From contig OZ218955.1 in the NCBI GenBank assembly GCA_965112735.1, forward strand, positions 1,302,001 through 1,366,000: DNA of 64,000 bases. The letters are read 5' to 3'. The position numbers were made by a program, and so were the translations under genes. Below are positions 42,690-54,331 of this stretch, in pieces. The notes under the pieces are model-generated. The model worked only from the letters and a program-made list of their open reading frames with translations. It had not been told where the DNA came from and did no database searches. Source of the stretch: Phaeosaccion multiseriatum (Eukaryota > Protista > Ochrophyta, other classes). The stretch's first letter is position 1. Each line of letters begins with the position of its first letter.

Positions 42690-43175
42690 ACTCTGCCTAT
42701 CTTGGCCCTTGCCCTTTCTCTCTGTGCAATGAGGCCAAAGCAGCGCTAAGCTAGGTGAGAGCGGGGGGGGGGGAACTAAGCCGGCCCCTTCCTGCCTCAA
42801 GACAAGCCACGCCCCACTACCAGCGAAGAGGAAGGAGGGCGCGCTCAACACCGTGTCACGCTCACTCACTCTGCCTATCTTGGCCCTTGCCCTTTCTCTC
42901 TGTGTAATGAGGCCAACACGACTGAGGGAGGGGGGGGGGACAAAGCCGCGGGGGGGGGAGCCGGCCCCTTCCTGACTCAAGACAAAATCCCTCCTCCTCC
43001 AGGCGTGCCCCACAACAAGCGAAGAGGAAGGAGGGCTCTCTCAACAGCTTGTCACGCTCTGCCTGCCGGTGCTTCCCTTCATTGGTTTCACGCCTATACA
43101 ATAATGAGGTGTGCTCTCTCATAGAGCCGAGAATATGTCAATGGCCCAGGCGTAGGCAGCCATTTCCTTACTTTC
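42690..43175 (-). promoter_or_regulatory. Conserved upstream module of the ankyrin family (~170-bp unit, tandemly doubled here)
   Basis: The unit ..gaggccaa.gcagcgctaagct..ttcctgactcaagacaa..ccctcctcctccaggcgtgccccacaacaagcgaagagg.. occurs twice upstream of A6, A7 and A9 and once upstream of A8, A5, A3 and A2. It is followed by gagccgagaatatgtcaatggccc. Regulatory role inferred from position only. Confidence 0.55.
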
Positions 43176-43177
43176 CT

Positions 43178-43852
43178 CCTGGTGGGTGCAGGCCGCGACT
43201 TATCACACCGCCATGTTCTCCTCTATCGAGTACATGTTCAAGCAGAAATTCACCTCCCGCGTTGGACACGAGAGCTCGGAGTACTTCCTCCCCCCGCACA
43301 ACATGGCCAGGACCTTCCGCATGGATGCCACCCTCCCCCGGGGCGCCCACGCCGGAGCCCGCGACCCAGCCTTCGCCCACATGGGCATATCTGGTGTCCG
43401 TGTGGCGCAAATTTAAGACCGTCCTACAGATGTTGTTGCTCAGGGTCGGATCGCGCACCGGGAGCGGCAGCAGCTTCTAGCGAGACCCGCAAGGAGCGGC
43501 ACGACGCCAACACCTACACGACCGAGAGCATGTTCGCCTCACCACCTTCGCCATCGAGACCCACACGGACGACTCGGCGCACAAGTGCAGTCACTCCTAC
43601 ACGCCCTCGCCGAGCACTGCGTCTCCCGAACGGGCCGGACTGGCTCCTCCACCACCAAGGGCCACGTCATGACAAGGCTTCGCCGTCTCGTCAGCTGCAG
43701 CCACCAGATGCGGCTCTCGGAGCGAGAGCACGCCTTCCTGGGACGGCTCAATCGCGGCGCCGGACCAGCGCTCCACCCCCCCCCGACCAGGCGGGGGAGT
43801 AACAGGCCCCTCGTGGGCCCCAGAGAGAAGCACCCGCACTCACACACCAATG

Positions 43853-43888
<36 letters not shown>
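43178..43888 (+). mobile_element. Relic 3' end of an RLE-type (CRE-like) non-LTR retrotransposon, copy 1, with internal micro-inversion
   Basis: Frameshifted translation HTAMFSSIEYMFK..FRMDATLPRGA..GAAAASSETRKERH..FAIET..LLHALAEH, ending in a (CA)n run. Confidence 0.7.
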
Positions 43889-43889
<1 letters not shown>

Positions 43890-43920
43890 TTCCAGTTTCT
43901 TAGGTGCCTTCCCTGGGTGC

Positions 43921-44170
43921 CGTGAATGAGTGAGTGAGTGAGTGAGTGAGTGAGTGAGTGAGTGAGTGAGTGAGTGAGTGAGTGAGTGAGTGAGTGAGTG
44001 AGTGAGTGAGTGAGTGAGTGAGTGAGTGAGTGAGTGAGTGAGTGAGTGAGTGAGTGAGTGAGTGAGTGAGTGAGTGAGTGAGTGAGTGAGCGAGTGAGTG
44101 AGTGAGTGAGTGAGTGAGTGAGTGAGTGAGTGAGTGAGTGAGTGAGTGAGTGAGTGAGTGAGTGAGTGAG
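43921..44170. repeat. (GTGA)n microsatellite
   Basis: Visible run. Homologous runs occur at ~50246-50270 (short) and 61628+ (very long). Confidence 0.95.
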
Positions 44171-44174
44171 GGAG

Positions 44175-45890
44175 TGCGCACCCTTCAACTGGATAGCACG
44201 GCTGTGGCCTGTCATACTTGTGCCTCTCTCCCTCTGCGTCAACCTCAGTACCCTGCGTGAAGCAGCCACCAGCCCCTGGATCCTGGAGTCTGAATGAAGT
44301 GAGACACACCCACACACCGCAGCCGTTGAAATGAAGCGGGAGTGATGACAAGGATCGATTCCCTCGCTGGTGCGCCCATGCTCTTGTTTCAGAAAGTTTA
44401 AGCGGGAACGGTTAAGTAATAAGTATTGACAAAGTTTAACTACGGCTACACTAGCCTACGATGCCGATACCGCGCAAAGTCGCACAGGTTCAGTTTCAGT
44501 TGATCCGATCGATCCCAATGGCCTTCAACAAGGCCCTGGCCTCGTTGAGGGACGAACAGACCGAACTTCCGCCGCACTCTCTGTGTGCGTGCTTGCTTGG
44601 GTGCGTACAGGTGTGCGTGCGTCCGTGCATGCGTGCGTGCGTGCGCGCGCCCTCCCCTCCCCCCGGGGGATTCGCTCCTTCATCCCCGGAGGTGAGGGAA
44701 GGAGGATGGACCATTGAGGTGTATCTACTGCCGTTGCGGCCCGAGGGGGGAGGCTGCACTCACTCGTGGCTGTGGCTGGGGCTGTATTACCAACTCCTTC
44801 ACTGCCGAGTGAGTGGGAGGCCAGGCAGCAAGTCGGCTGCTTGGGCTCTCTCTCTCTCGCCCACTCGCTCGTTCGCTGCCCTTCCTTGCGGCCGCTGCAT
44901 CTGCTGATCGAACTGCTGCTTGCTGCTGCTGCTCATTGGGGGTCGCAATCCCCGACGAAGTATATTGCTGCTGCCGCTGCTGTATCACCAACTGCTCCAC
45001 CTGTCCACCTGGAGCTCCTCCTCCTCGAGAAGACCGGCCATTGAGTGGCGATGAGAGGCCGCCTTACTCCTCCTGCCTGCCCGCATGCCGCCTTTTGGCG
45101 TGGTGTCTCTGCGTCTATCTTTCTCTAGTCAAGATCGATCTTCGAGAATACTTTTCGTCGTTGTCGAAGTACCATGCCGTAAAACTGCCCCTCTCCCTAT
45201 GGAGGTGTCGAGGAAACGGCAAATTGGGTATCGGCAACCCCACACGCAAGAAGCTGCTGCCCCCGAGAGGCCAAGCGCCGCGAGACCATTGGGCTAAGCG
45301 GGGGGCAAGGCCGTTGTCGTGCTACTACTGCTTGCAGCGCCTCCTCTCCTGCTGCTATTGCTGCTGCTGCTGCTTCGCTTCCCCCGAGGTGGGGAGGAGA
45401 GCGTCGTCGGGCACGAGGCAGTCGAGTGCTAGGGGAGTGAGGGTTCAGAGCAGCCTGCTCACCACCGTGTGTAAGAGAGGGAGGACCGTGAGGAGGAGAG
45501 AGCGAGAGCGACCGAGAGAGAGAAAGACGCAGAGAGAGAGCGAGCAAGACGGAGACACACACACAGAGAGAGAGAGAGAGAAAGTCCAGCACGCTTCCAT
45601 TTTAGTATCTTTCCATTTTAGTATCTTTGAGAGCTGTAACAAGAATCATGTATTCAAAGACGAAGGGCAAGAGTGAGCATAAGGAGGTGCGTGGCCACTG
45701 CGGCGCTGAGAGGCGGATGCAGGACGGTGACGTGACTTCCTCTACTGCTGCGCCTACTACTCACGCTCCGCCGCCGTAGAGCGGCCCTTCCTGCTGCTCA
45801 AGTCACCCTACCACAGGCCTCGTGCAAGCGAGCACACGCGTCACTTTCTCTCCTCTCCAAGTCACCCCCGCCCCCCCCCCCAAGTTTAGG
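44175..45890. repeat. Duplicated spacer of the tandem ankyrin units (second copy ~50275-52010; distal part also ~57370-57890)
   Basis: Shared blocks such as cccttcaactggatagcacggc, gatcccaatggccttcaacaaggccctggcc and gaagggcaagagtgagcat..ggtgcgtggccactgcggcgctgagagg. Confidence 0.88.
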
Positions 45891-45898
45891 CCCTTACT

Positions 45899-47562
45899 TC
45901 AGCGCATTTCCTCCGCCATGCTCTCCCACACCTCGCTGCTCACACTCCAGGGCCTCTCCAGCGGCGGCATCCCCCTCTCCTTGCCGAAGGTCGGGTCGGT
46001 CCTTCGCATCAGGTCCAGTGCGCTTTGAGATCTGAAGAAGGCTGCTGCTGCGTCTCTGAGCCGCTGCTCAATCTCACGGCCCAGTCCATTCCGCCGTGCC
46101 GCAGCCAAGGCCTTGTCAACCGAGGCATCGGCCGAGAGGAGCTGCCGCGCAGTGCCGTGATGATTAGTGTAGATGGCGAGAAGCAGTGGGGTGGCGCCGT
46201 TCGTTTTCTGGGCATCGATCGGGGATCTGGCAGAGATGAGTCGAGCGACGACGGCCTCGTGTCCGTTTTGAACAGCAAGGTGGAGGGGTGTTGCACCATG
46301 GTTGTCCGCTGTCTCCACCTTTGCTCCTGCAGAGAGTAGGCGCTTAACCATGGCGTCGTGACCTTCTTGAACAGCAAGGTAGAGGGGTGTCCTACCGTCG
46401 TTGGTCGCTGTCTCCACCTTTGCTCCCGCAGAAAAAAGCTGCTCCACCACGGCGTCGTGACCTTCCTGAGCGGCGAAGTGTAGAGGAGTGGCGCCCTCGG
46501 GGTGAGACGCGAGTACGTCCGCCCCTGCAGCCAAAAGTAACTTCACCACGGCCAAGCGTCCTCTGTGAGCAGCGATTATGAGAGGAGTAAAGCCCAGGTT
46601 GTCCCTGGCCTCCACGTTGGCATGCTCACCGAGGAGCTGCTGCACGATGGACGCGTGACCGTAGTCCGAGGCTGCGAAGAGTGGAGTGAAGCCTTGGTCA
46701 TCAGCCTTTTCGATGTTGGCGTTGGCCCCAATGAGCTCCTGCACCACACTCCCATGCCCTTGGCGGGACGCCACGATGAGTGGAGTCATTCCTTGATGGT
46801 CGGGTCTGTCCACATCCGCGTCCGCTGCGATGAGCTGCTCTACGATGGAGAGGTTCCCATCAAGAGCCGCCAGCCGTATCGGAGTCGCTCCATGCTTATT
46901 GGCAATATTGACATCGGCCCGAGCCGAGATTAGCTGTTGCACTGTCGTGGGATGCCCGAAGAAGGCAGCTAAACTCAAAGGCGTTGCCTCTTTGACATTG
47001 GCTTGGTCTACAGCGGCTCCGATGTCCAACAGCCGTCTCACCACCTCGTTGTGTCCTTTCGCTACAGCCAATAGCAGTGGCGTGTTCCCGACCGAACCCC
47101 CCCGAACGCTGAACGAGGCTCCTTCCTGCAGAAGAAGGTTCAGGACATCCAGCCGACCGCATGACGCAGACAACATCATAGCGGTCAAACCCCCCTCGTT
47201 GATAGGCTGATCCAAGCTCGCTTTACCGTGCTTTGAGACAAGCTTCCTCACCCGCGCATTCACACTGGGGGTGCTTTCCATCCCTGTGATGGCCTCACGG
47301 AGTCGGCGCGCCTACCATTATGTGCAGAGCGTAGGGAAAGGCAGGCGGTGAGAACGACACGCAAGGTGGGATTGGACCAGGTGGGCTCGGCCGGGCTGGA
47401 GGGGAAACCATCGATTCAAGAACCTCAGCCGAACACTCCGTCTCCCTTTGAGAGACTCACTCCTGCTGGCATCTCTCGCATCATCCGCCTTATTCCTACT
47501 ACACGCCACAGAGAGAGCCCCTGCTGTGCCCTTACCTCCGGTGGGATGGCCTGCTGCGCCAT
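45899..47562 (-). CDS. Ankyrin-repeat protein A7 (11 repeats + conserved tail)
   Basis: Exon 1 47562-47536 (MAQQAIPPE|GTAAGG), acceptor TAG, exon 2 47311-45899 in frame. Confidence 0.9.
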
Positions 47563-48009
47563 GGCAAGCTGAGTTGCTGAGACAAGAGAGGGAGGCCTCT
47601 TTCGAACACGCTGTCACCCAGTCACTCGCTCTGTCTGTCGCGAATCCTGTCGCGGCCCTCGCATTTACTCCCTGTGCAATGAGGCCAAAGCAGCGCTAAG
47701 CTACGTAATAGAGGGGAACCAAGCCGGCCCCTTCCTGACTCAAGACAAATCCCTCCTCCTCCAGGCGTGCCCCACAACAAGCGAAGAGGAAGGAGGGCCC
47801 GCTCAACACCGTGTCACGCTCACTCACTCTGCCTATATTGGCCCTTGCCCTTACTCTCTGTGCAATGAGGCCAACGCAGCGCTAAGCTAGGTGAGAGCGG
47901 TGGGGGATAACTAAGCCGGCCACTTCCTGACTCAAGACAACATCCCTCCTCCTCCAGGCGTGCCCCACAACAAGCGAAGAGGAAGGTGTCATGCCTACGC
48001 AACGTCAAA

Positions 48010-49439
48010 TGTTGAGAGTCAGTATTATGTCAATGAGCCAAGGAGAGGCGCCCCGAGACAGAGATGTGATCGATCGATTCCCAGCAGGTTAGTCGTTTAG
48101 GATGGCTCAGGGATAGAGCTAATAGAGACAAGGCTGGCTGCCAGGCTGGCTTTGGGGTTGCTTTTACCTTGTCCATGCGTCTACTCCTATCCTATGTGGA
48201 GAGCAAAAGCAACATGACTCTTCACAACCCCAAAGATCCCGAAGGCAGCTGACCTTGGCAAGAGGCTCAGGCAGCAGCTCGGTAGCTTTCATTTTGCCGA
48301 GAGCGGTGCCTTAGACAGCGGGCATGGCTTTCGAGTGTGGCAGCAGTGCGGCTGTTGCTGCTGCACGGAAATTTTCTGCTGGAGCTTGGTGGGCAGTGGA
48401 GACAGAGAATTGCCGGGAGCGGTGCCTTACACAGGCACAGCTCCCGAGTGTAGCAGCAGCGCCTTACATTAGTTGTTGTTGTACGGAGTTTGCTGGGCAG
48501 AGGAGACAAAAGAAAGATCCTCACAAGGCTGCTTTAGAGGCTGTGTGGATGGCTTGCAGGTACACCAGTAAACACTTTAGCAGTCAGCACGAGTGGCGCG
48601 CAATGAAGCTTTGGCGACACGAGTGGCGAGAAGGAACGGAGCGAGAGATGAGTATGCCGAGAGCAGGGCCTTGCAGCGGGGTGCGGCTTTCGAGTGTGGC
48701 GGCACCAAGTCTGTTGCTGCTGCACGGAGCTTAGTGGCCAGTGGAGAGAGAGAATCATATGAGAGCAGTGTGCTGCAGCGGCCCGGCTTTCGCGTGCAGC
48801 AGTGAGGAATCGCTGCGACACGGAGCTTGATTGGCGACAGAGAAGGATACTCCCAAGGTTGCTTTAGGGACTGTCTGGGTGCCTTGTAGGCACACCAGTA
48901 AACACTTTAGCAGTCAGCATTAGTGGTGCGCAACGAGGCTTTGGCAACGCTGGTGGCGAGTAGGAGTGGAGATTGATATTGCACGGGTGAGTTTGAGTCA
49001 TGGGATTTTCTCATCCGTGAGCATGTGTGGGTGAGTTTGAGTCATGGGACTTTCTCATCAATGCAGCAGGATATGTGTGGGAGGAGCGGTCGCACATATC
49101 TGTGTGAGTTTTGCATCTTTCTCATCCGTTTTTTTGGAAGCAGCATAGAGGCTTTTGCTGCAGTCGAGCTTCAGCAGGTGAAACCGCTTGAGTTGCGTGG
49201 CAACAGTCTTGTCAGGGGCGTGTTAGAAGTGCAGGGATGGCTGACGGGGATGTTGAAAGTCAGTATTATGTCAATGGCCCAGGCCCAGGCAGATAGGCGG
49301 TGCGTGGCCCGTTTCTCACTCACCTCCCAGCAGGTTGCTCAGGGATAAAGCTAATAGAGCCAAGGCTGCTGCCAGGCTGGCTTTGGGGTTGCTATTACCT
49401 TGTCCATGCGTATAGTCCTATCCTATGTGGAGAGCAACG
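48010..49439 (+). mobile_element. Putative non-autonomous LTR-like (TRIM-like) insertion
   Basis: ~190-205-bp imperfect direct repeats at 48010-48214 (TGTTG...CAACA) and 49251-49439 (TGTTG...CAACG), with a short purine-rich stretch before the second. The interior is non-coding. The segment is absent from sibling units. No PBS or TSD seen. Confidence 0.5.
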
Positions 49440-49529
49440 TGACGTTCTACACTAATGAAGAGGCGTGAGAGACATGGAGCCGAGAATATGTCAATGGTCT
49501 AAACGTAGGCAGCCTCTTTCTTGCTTTCC

Positions 49530-50213
49530 CTCCTGGTGGGTGCATGCCGAGACTTACCACACCGGCATATTCTCCTCTATCGAGTACATGTTCAAGCACA
49601 ACTTCACCTCCCGCGTTGGACACGAGAGCTCGGAGTACTTCCTCCCCCCGTACAACATCGCCAGGACCTTCCGCATGGATGCCACCCTCCCCCGGGGCGC
49701 CCTCTCCAGAGCCCGCGACCCAGCCTCCTTCGCCCACCCGGCGCACATGATCGATCTAACCCTGAGCAACAACATCTGCAGGACGGCCTTGAATTTGCGC
49801 CACACGGACACCAGACCGGGAGCGGCAGCAGCTTCTAGCGAGACCCGCAAGGAGCGGCACGACGCCAACACCTACGACCGAGAGCTTGTTCGCCTCACCA
49901 CCTTCGCCATCGAGACCCACACGGACGACTCGGCGCACAAGTGCAGTCACTCCTACACGCCCTCGCCGAGCACTGCGTCTCCCGAACGGGCCGCACTGGC
50001 TCCTCCACCACCAAGGGCCACGTCATGACAAGGCTTCGCCGTCTCGTCAGCTACAGCCACCAGATGAGGCTCTCGGAGAGAGAGCACGCCTTCCTGGAAC
50101 GGCTCAATCGCGGCGCCGGATCAGGGCTCCATCCCCCCCGACCAGGCGGGGGAGTAACAGGCCCCTCATGGGCCCCAGAGACAAGCACCCGCACTCACAC
50201 TCACACACACACA
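49530..50213 (+). mobile_element. Relic 3' end of RLE-type non-LTR retrotransposon, copy 2
   Basis: Longest open frame: FRMDATLPRGALSRARDPASFAHPAHMIDLTLSNNICRTALNLRHTDTRPGAAAASSETRKERHDANTYDRELVRLTTFAIETH, followed by a +2 (AC) frameshift. Confidence 0.72.
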
Positions 50214-52017
50214 CTTTCAGTTTCTTAGGGACTTCCTGGGTGCCATGAGTGAGTGAGTGAGTGAGTGAGTGGAGTGAGTACCCTTCAACTGGATAGCACG
50301 GCTGCGGCCTGTCATACTTGTGACCTCTCCCTCCCTCTCTCTGCGTCAACCTCAGTACCCTGCGTGACGCAACCACCAGCCCAGAGGAGGCCCATACGAG
50401 CCCCTGGATCCTGGAGTCTGAATGAAGTGAGACACACACACATACCACAGCCGTTGAAATGAAGCGGGAGTGATGACAAGGACTGACTCCCTCGCTGGTG
50501 CGCCCATACTCTTGTTTCAGTAAGGTTAAGTAAGCAGTTCTACATGGCTACACTGTAGCCTAAGATGCAGATGCCGCTGCACAGTCGCGCAGGTTCAGTT
50601 TCAGTTGATCCGATCGATCCCAATGGCCTTCAACAAGGCCCTGGCCTCGTTGAGGGACGAGCAGATCAAACTCTTACCGCATTGTCTGTGTGCGTGCATG
50701 CTTGGGAGCGTACGGGTGTACGTGCGTGTGTCGGTGCGTGCGTGCGTGCGTGGGTGCGCGCCCCCTCCCCCCCCCCGTGGGATTCGCTCCTTCATCCCCA
50801 AAGGAAGGAGGATGCACCACCGTGGCGCATCTACTGCCGTTGAGGCCCGAGGGGGGGGGCTGCACTCACTCGTGGCTGTGGCTGGGGCTGTAGTACCAAC
50901 CCCTTCACTGCCGAGTGAGTGGGAGGTCAGGCAGCAAGTCGGCTGCTTGGGCTCTCTCTCTCTCTCTCTCTCCCACTCCCTCGTTCGCTGCCCTTCCTTG
51001 CTACCGCTGCATCGGCTGCTGCTGTATCGCCAACTGCCGCTGCTACGGCTGCTCATTGGGGTCGCAATCCCCGACGATGTACATTGCTGCTGCCGCTGCT
51101 GTATCACCAACTGCTCCACCTGTCCACCTGAAGCTCCTCAGCTGCTCGAGAAGACTGGCCATTGAGTGGCGATGAGACGCCGCCTTACTCCTCCTGCCTG
51201 CCCGCATGCCGCCTTTTGGCGTGGTGTCTCTGCCTCTATCTGTCTCTGCTCAACATCACTCTTCGAGAATACGTTTGTCAATGTCAAAGTACCATGCCGT
51301 AAGACTGCCCCGGAGAGCGAGGAAACGGCAAATTGGGTATTGACAACCCCAAGCGCAAGAAGCTGCTGCCCTCGAAAGGCTGAGCGTGGGAAAGGCCGAG
51401 CGCCGCGCGACATTGGGCTAAGCGGGGGTCAAGGCCGTTGCCGTGCTACTGCTTGCAGCGGCCGGCTCCGCTGCTGCTGCTCTTGCTGCAGCTGCTACTT
51501 CGCTTCCCCCGAGGTGGAGAGGAGAGCGTCGCAGGGCACGAGGCAGTCGACTGCTGGGGGAGTGAGGGTTCAGAGCAGCCTGCTGACCACCGTGTGAAAG
51601 AGAGAGAGGGACCGTGAGGGGGGGAGAGAGGGACCGTGAGGGGGAGAGAGCGAGAGAGAGAGAAAGACGCAGAGAGAGAGAGACAGAGAGAGAGACGGAC
51701 AGACAGACCGAGAGAGAGAGAATCCAGCACGCTTCCAGTGTAGCTCGAATAATATTTCTCTTAGATTGAATGTAAGGCGAAGGGCAAGAGTGAGCATGAG
51801 GAGGTGCGTGGCCACTGCGGCGCTGAGAGGCGGATGCAGGACGGTGACGTGACTTCCTCTACTGCTTCGCCTGCCACTCACGCTCCGCCGCCGTAGAGCG
51901 GCCCTTCCTGCTGCTCAAGTCACTCTACCACAGGCCTCGTGCAAGCGAGCACACGCGTCACTTTCCCTGCTCTCCAACTCACCCCCGCCCCCCCCCCCAA
52001 CGCTCAGGTCCTTGCTT

Positions 52018-53684
52018 CTAGGGCATTTCCTCCGCCATGCTCTCCCACGTCTCGCTCCCGACACTCCAGGGCCTCTCTAGCGGCGGAATCTCCCTCTCCT
52101 TGCCGAAGGTCGGATCGGTCCTTCGCATCAGGTCCAGTGCGCTTTGAGATCGGAAGAAGGCTGCTGCTGCGTCTCTGAGCCGCTGCTCAAGCTCGAGGTG
52201 GAGTTGATGTCTCCGTGCCACAGTCAAGGCCTTGCCCACCGAGGCATCGGCCGCGAGGAGCTGCCGCGGAGTGCCATGGTGGCCATAGCAGATGGCGAGA
52301 AGCAGTGGGGTGGCGCCGTTCGTTTTCTGGGCATCGATCGGGGATCCGGCAGAGATGAGACGAGCGACGACGGCCTCGTGTCCTTCTTGAGCAGCAAGGT
52401 GGAGGGGTATTGTACCGTTGTTGGTCGCTGTCTCCACCTTTGCTCCCGTAGAAAGAAGCTGCTCCACCACGGCGTCGTGACCTTCTTGAGCGGCCATGGG
52501 CAGAGGAGTGGCGCCCACGAGGTCAGACGCGAATACGTCCGCCCCTGCAGCCAAAAGTACCTTCACCACGGCCAAGCGTCCTCTGAGAGCAGCGTTCATG
52601 AGAGGAGTACAGCCCTCATCGTCCCTGGCCTCCACGTAGGCATGCTCATCGAGAAGCTTCTGCACGATGGACGCATGCCCGTACTCCGAGGCTGCGCAAA
52701 GCGGAGTCACGCCTTGGTCATCAGCCTTTTCGATGTTGGCGTTGGCCCCAATGAGCTTCTGTACCACACCCCCATGCCCTTTTTGGGACGCCATGATGAG
52801 TGGAGTCACTCCGAGATGGTCGGCTTTGTCCACATCCGCGTCCGCTGCAATGAGCTTGTGCACCACACTCCCATGGCCGTTTTGGGACGCCACAAAGAGT
52901 GGAGTTGCTCCGTGATGGTGGGGTCTGTCCACATCCGCGTCCGCTGCAATGAGCTGCTCTACGATGGAGGTGTGCCCACAGAGAGAAGCCTCCCATATCG
53001 GAGTCGTTCCCTCCGCATCGGCAATATTGACATCGGCGCCCAACGAGATTAGCTGTTGCACTGTCGTGGGGTGCCCACAGCAGGCAGCCGCATTCAAAGG
53101 CGTTACATCCCCGGTATTGGCTTGGTCAACGGCGGCTCCGATGTCCAACAGCCGTCTCACCACCTCGTTGTGTCCTTTCGCTACAGCCAATAGAAGTGGC
53201 GTGGTCCCACACGCTCTCCTCCCAACGCTAAACGAGGCCCCTTCCTGCAGGAGGAGGTTCAGGACATCCAGCCGACCGCATGACGCAGACAACATCATAG
53301 CGGTCAAACCCCCCTCGTTGATAGGCTGATCCAAGCTCGCTTTACCGTGCTTTGAGACAAGCTGCCTCACCCGCGCATTCACACTGGAGGTGCTTCCCAT
53401 CCCTGTGATGGCCTGACAGAGTCGACGCGCCTGCCATGGAGTGTGCAAAGCGTTGAGAAAGATAGGCAATGAGAACGACACGCAAGGTGGGATTGGACCA
53501 GGCTGGGCTCGGCCGGGCTGGAGGGGAAACCATCGATTCAAGAACCTAAGCCGAACACTCCGTCTCCCTTTGAGAGACTCACTCCTGCTGGCATCTCTCG
53601 CATCATCCGCCTTATTCCTACTACACACCACAGAGAGAGCCCCTGCTGTGCCCTTACCTCGGGTAGGATGGCCTGCTGCGCCAT
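52018..53684 (-). CDS. Ankyrin-repeat protein A8 (11 repeats + conserved tail)
   Basis: Exon 1 53684-53658 (MAQQAILPE|GTAAGG), exon 2 53430-52018 in frame. It has an extra repeat in the N-terminal block and one fewer in the variable block. Confidence 0.9.
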
Positions 53685-54331
53685 GGCAAGCGGAGTGGGA
53701 GCGGCAGCTCTTCGTCGCTAGCCCCCCCGCCTCCACCCTCCTGAGACGGACCGCAGTGCTGATACGAGAAAGGGGTTCTCTTTCAAACGCGTTGTTACCC
53801 AGTCACTCGCTCTATCTATCGCGGACCTTGCCCCTTCTCTCTGTGCAATGAGGCCAACGCAGCGCTAAGCTGCTGCTAGGTGTGAGAGCAGGGGGGAACC
53901 AAGCGGCCCCTTCCTGACCCAAGACAGATCCCTCCTCCTCCAGGCGAGGCCCACTACAAGCGAAGAGGGGGGAGGGCTCTCTCAACAGCTTTTCACGCTC
54001 TGTCGATCACGATCCTTCCCTCTACATATTGCTTAGAGGCATGGAGCCCAGAATATGTCATCGTCATATGGGGGCCTCTTAAGCAACGCGTCACCTCCTT
54101 TCTCTCTCGTAAGTGCAGCCCCTGGGACATCCGGGGACTTGGCTCCCACAGCACTCGCTGGGAGGACAGAAGCTGGGTGAGTTTGCTCCTCTCTTTCCTC
54201 CGGTTTCGAGGCAGCGGCCGCGTCGACGGAGCTCTGACACGTTCGTCTCTTCGCCTGTCATACAAGCTTCTTCGCCCCTTCCCAGCGCAGCCCAGACCGT
54301 CCCTGCTGTATCTACTTCGCTCAGAAAGAAG

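Noticed and set aside
44461-45676. ORFs in the duplicated spacer (MAFNKALASLRDEQ..)
   Set aside because: Frames are not preserved between the two copies (indels) and the sequence is low-complexity.
40901-45890. Ankyrin unit as cargo of a DNA transposon or Helitron
   Set aside because: No terminal inverted repeats, TSDs, Helitron ends or transposase were seen by eye. Tandem or segmental duplication is sufficient.
53431-53736. Long N-terminal extensions in the ORF-track versions of A8, A6, A9 and A1
   Set aside because: They read through the conserved intron. The shared MAQQAxxxE|GTAAGG first exon gives a more consistent model.
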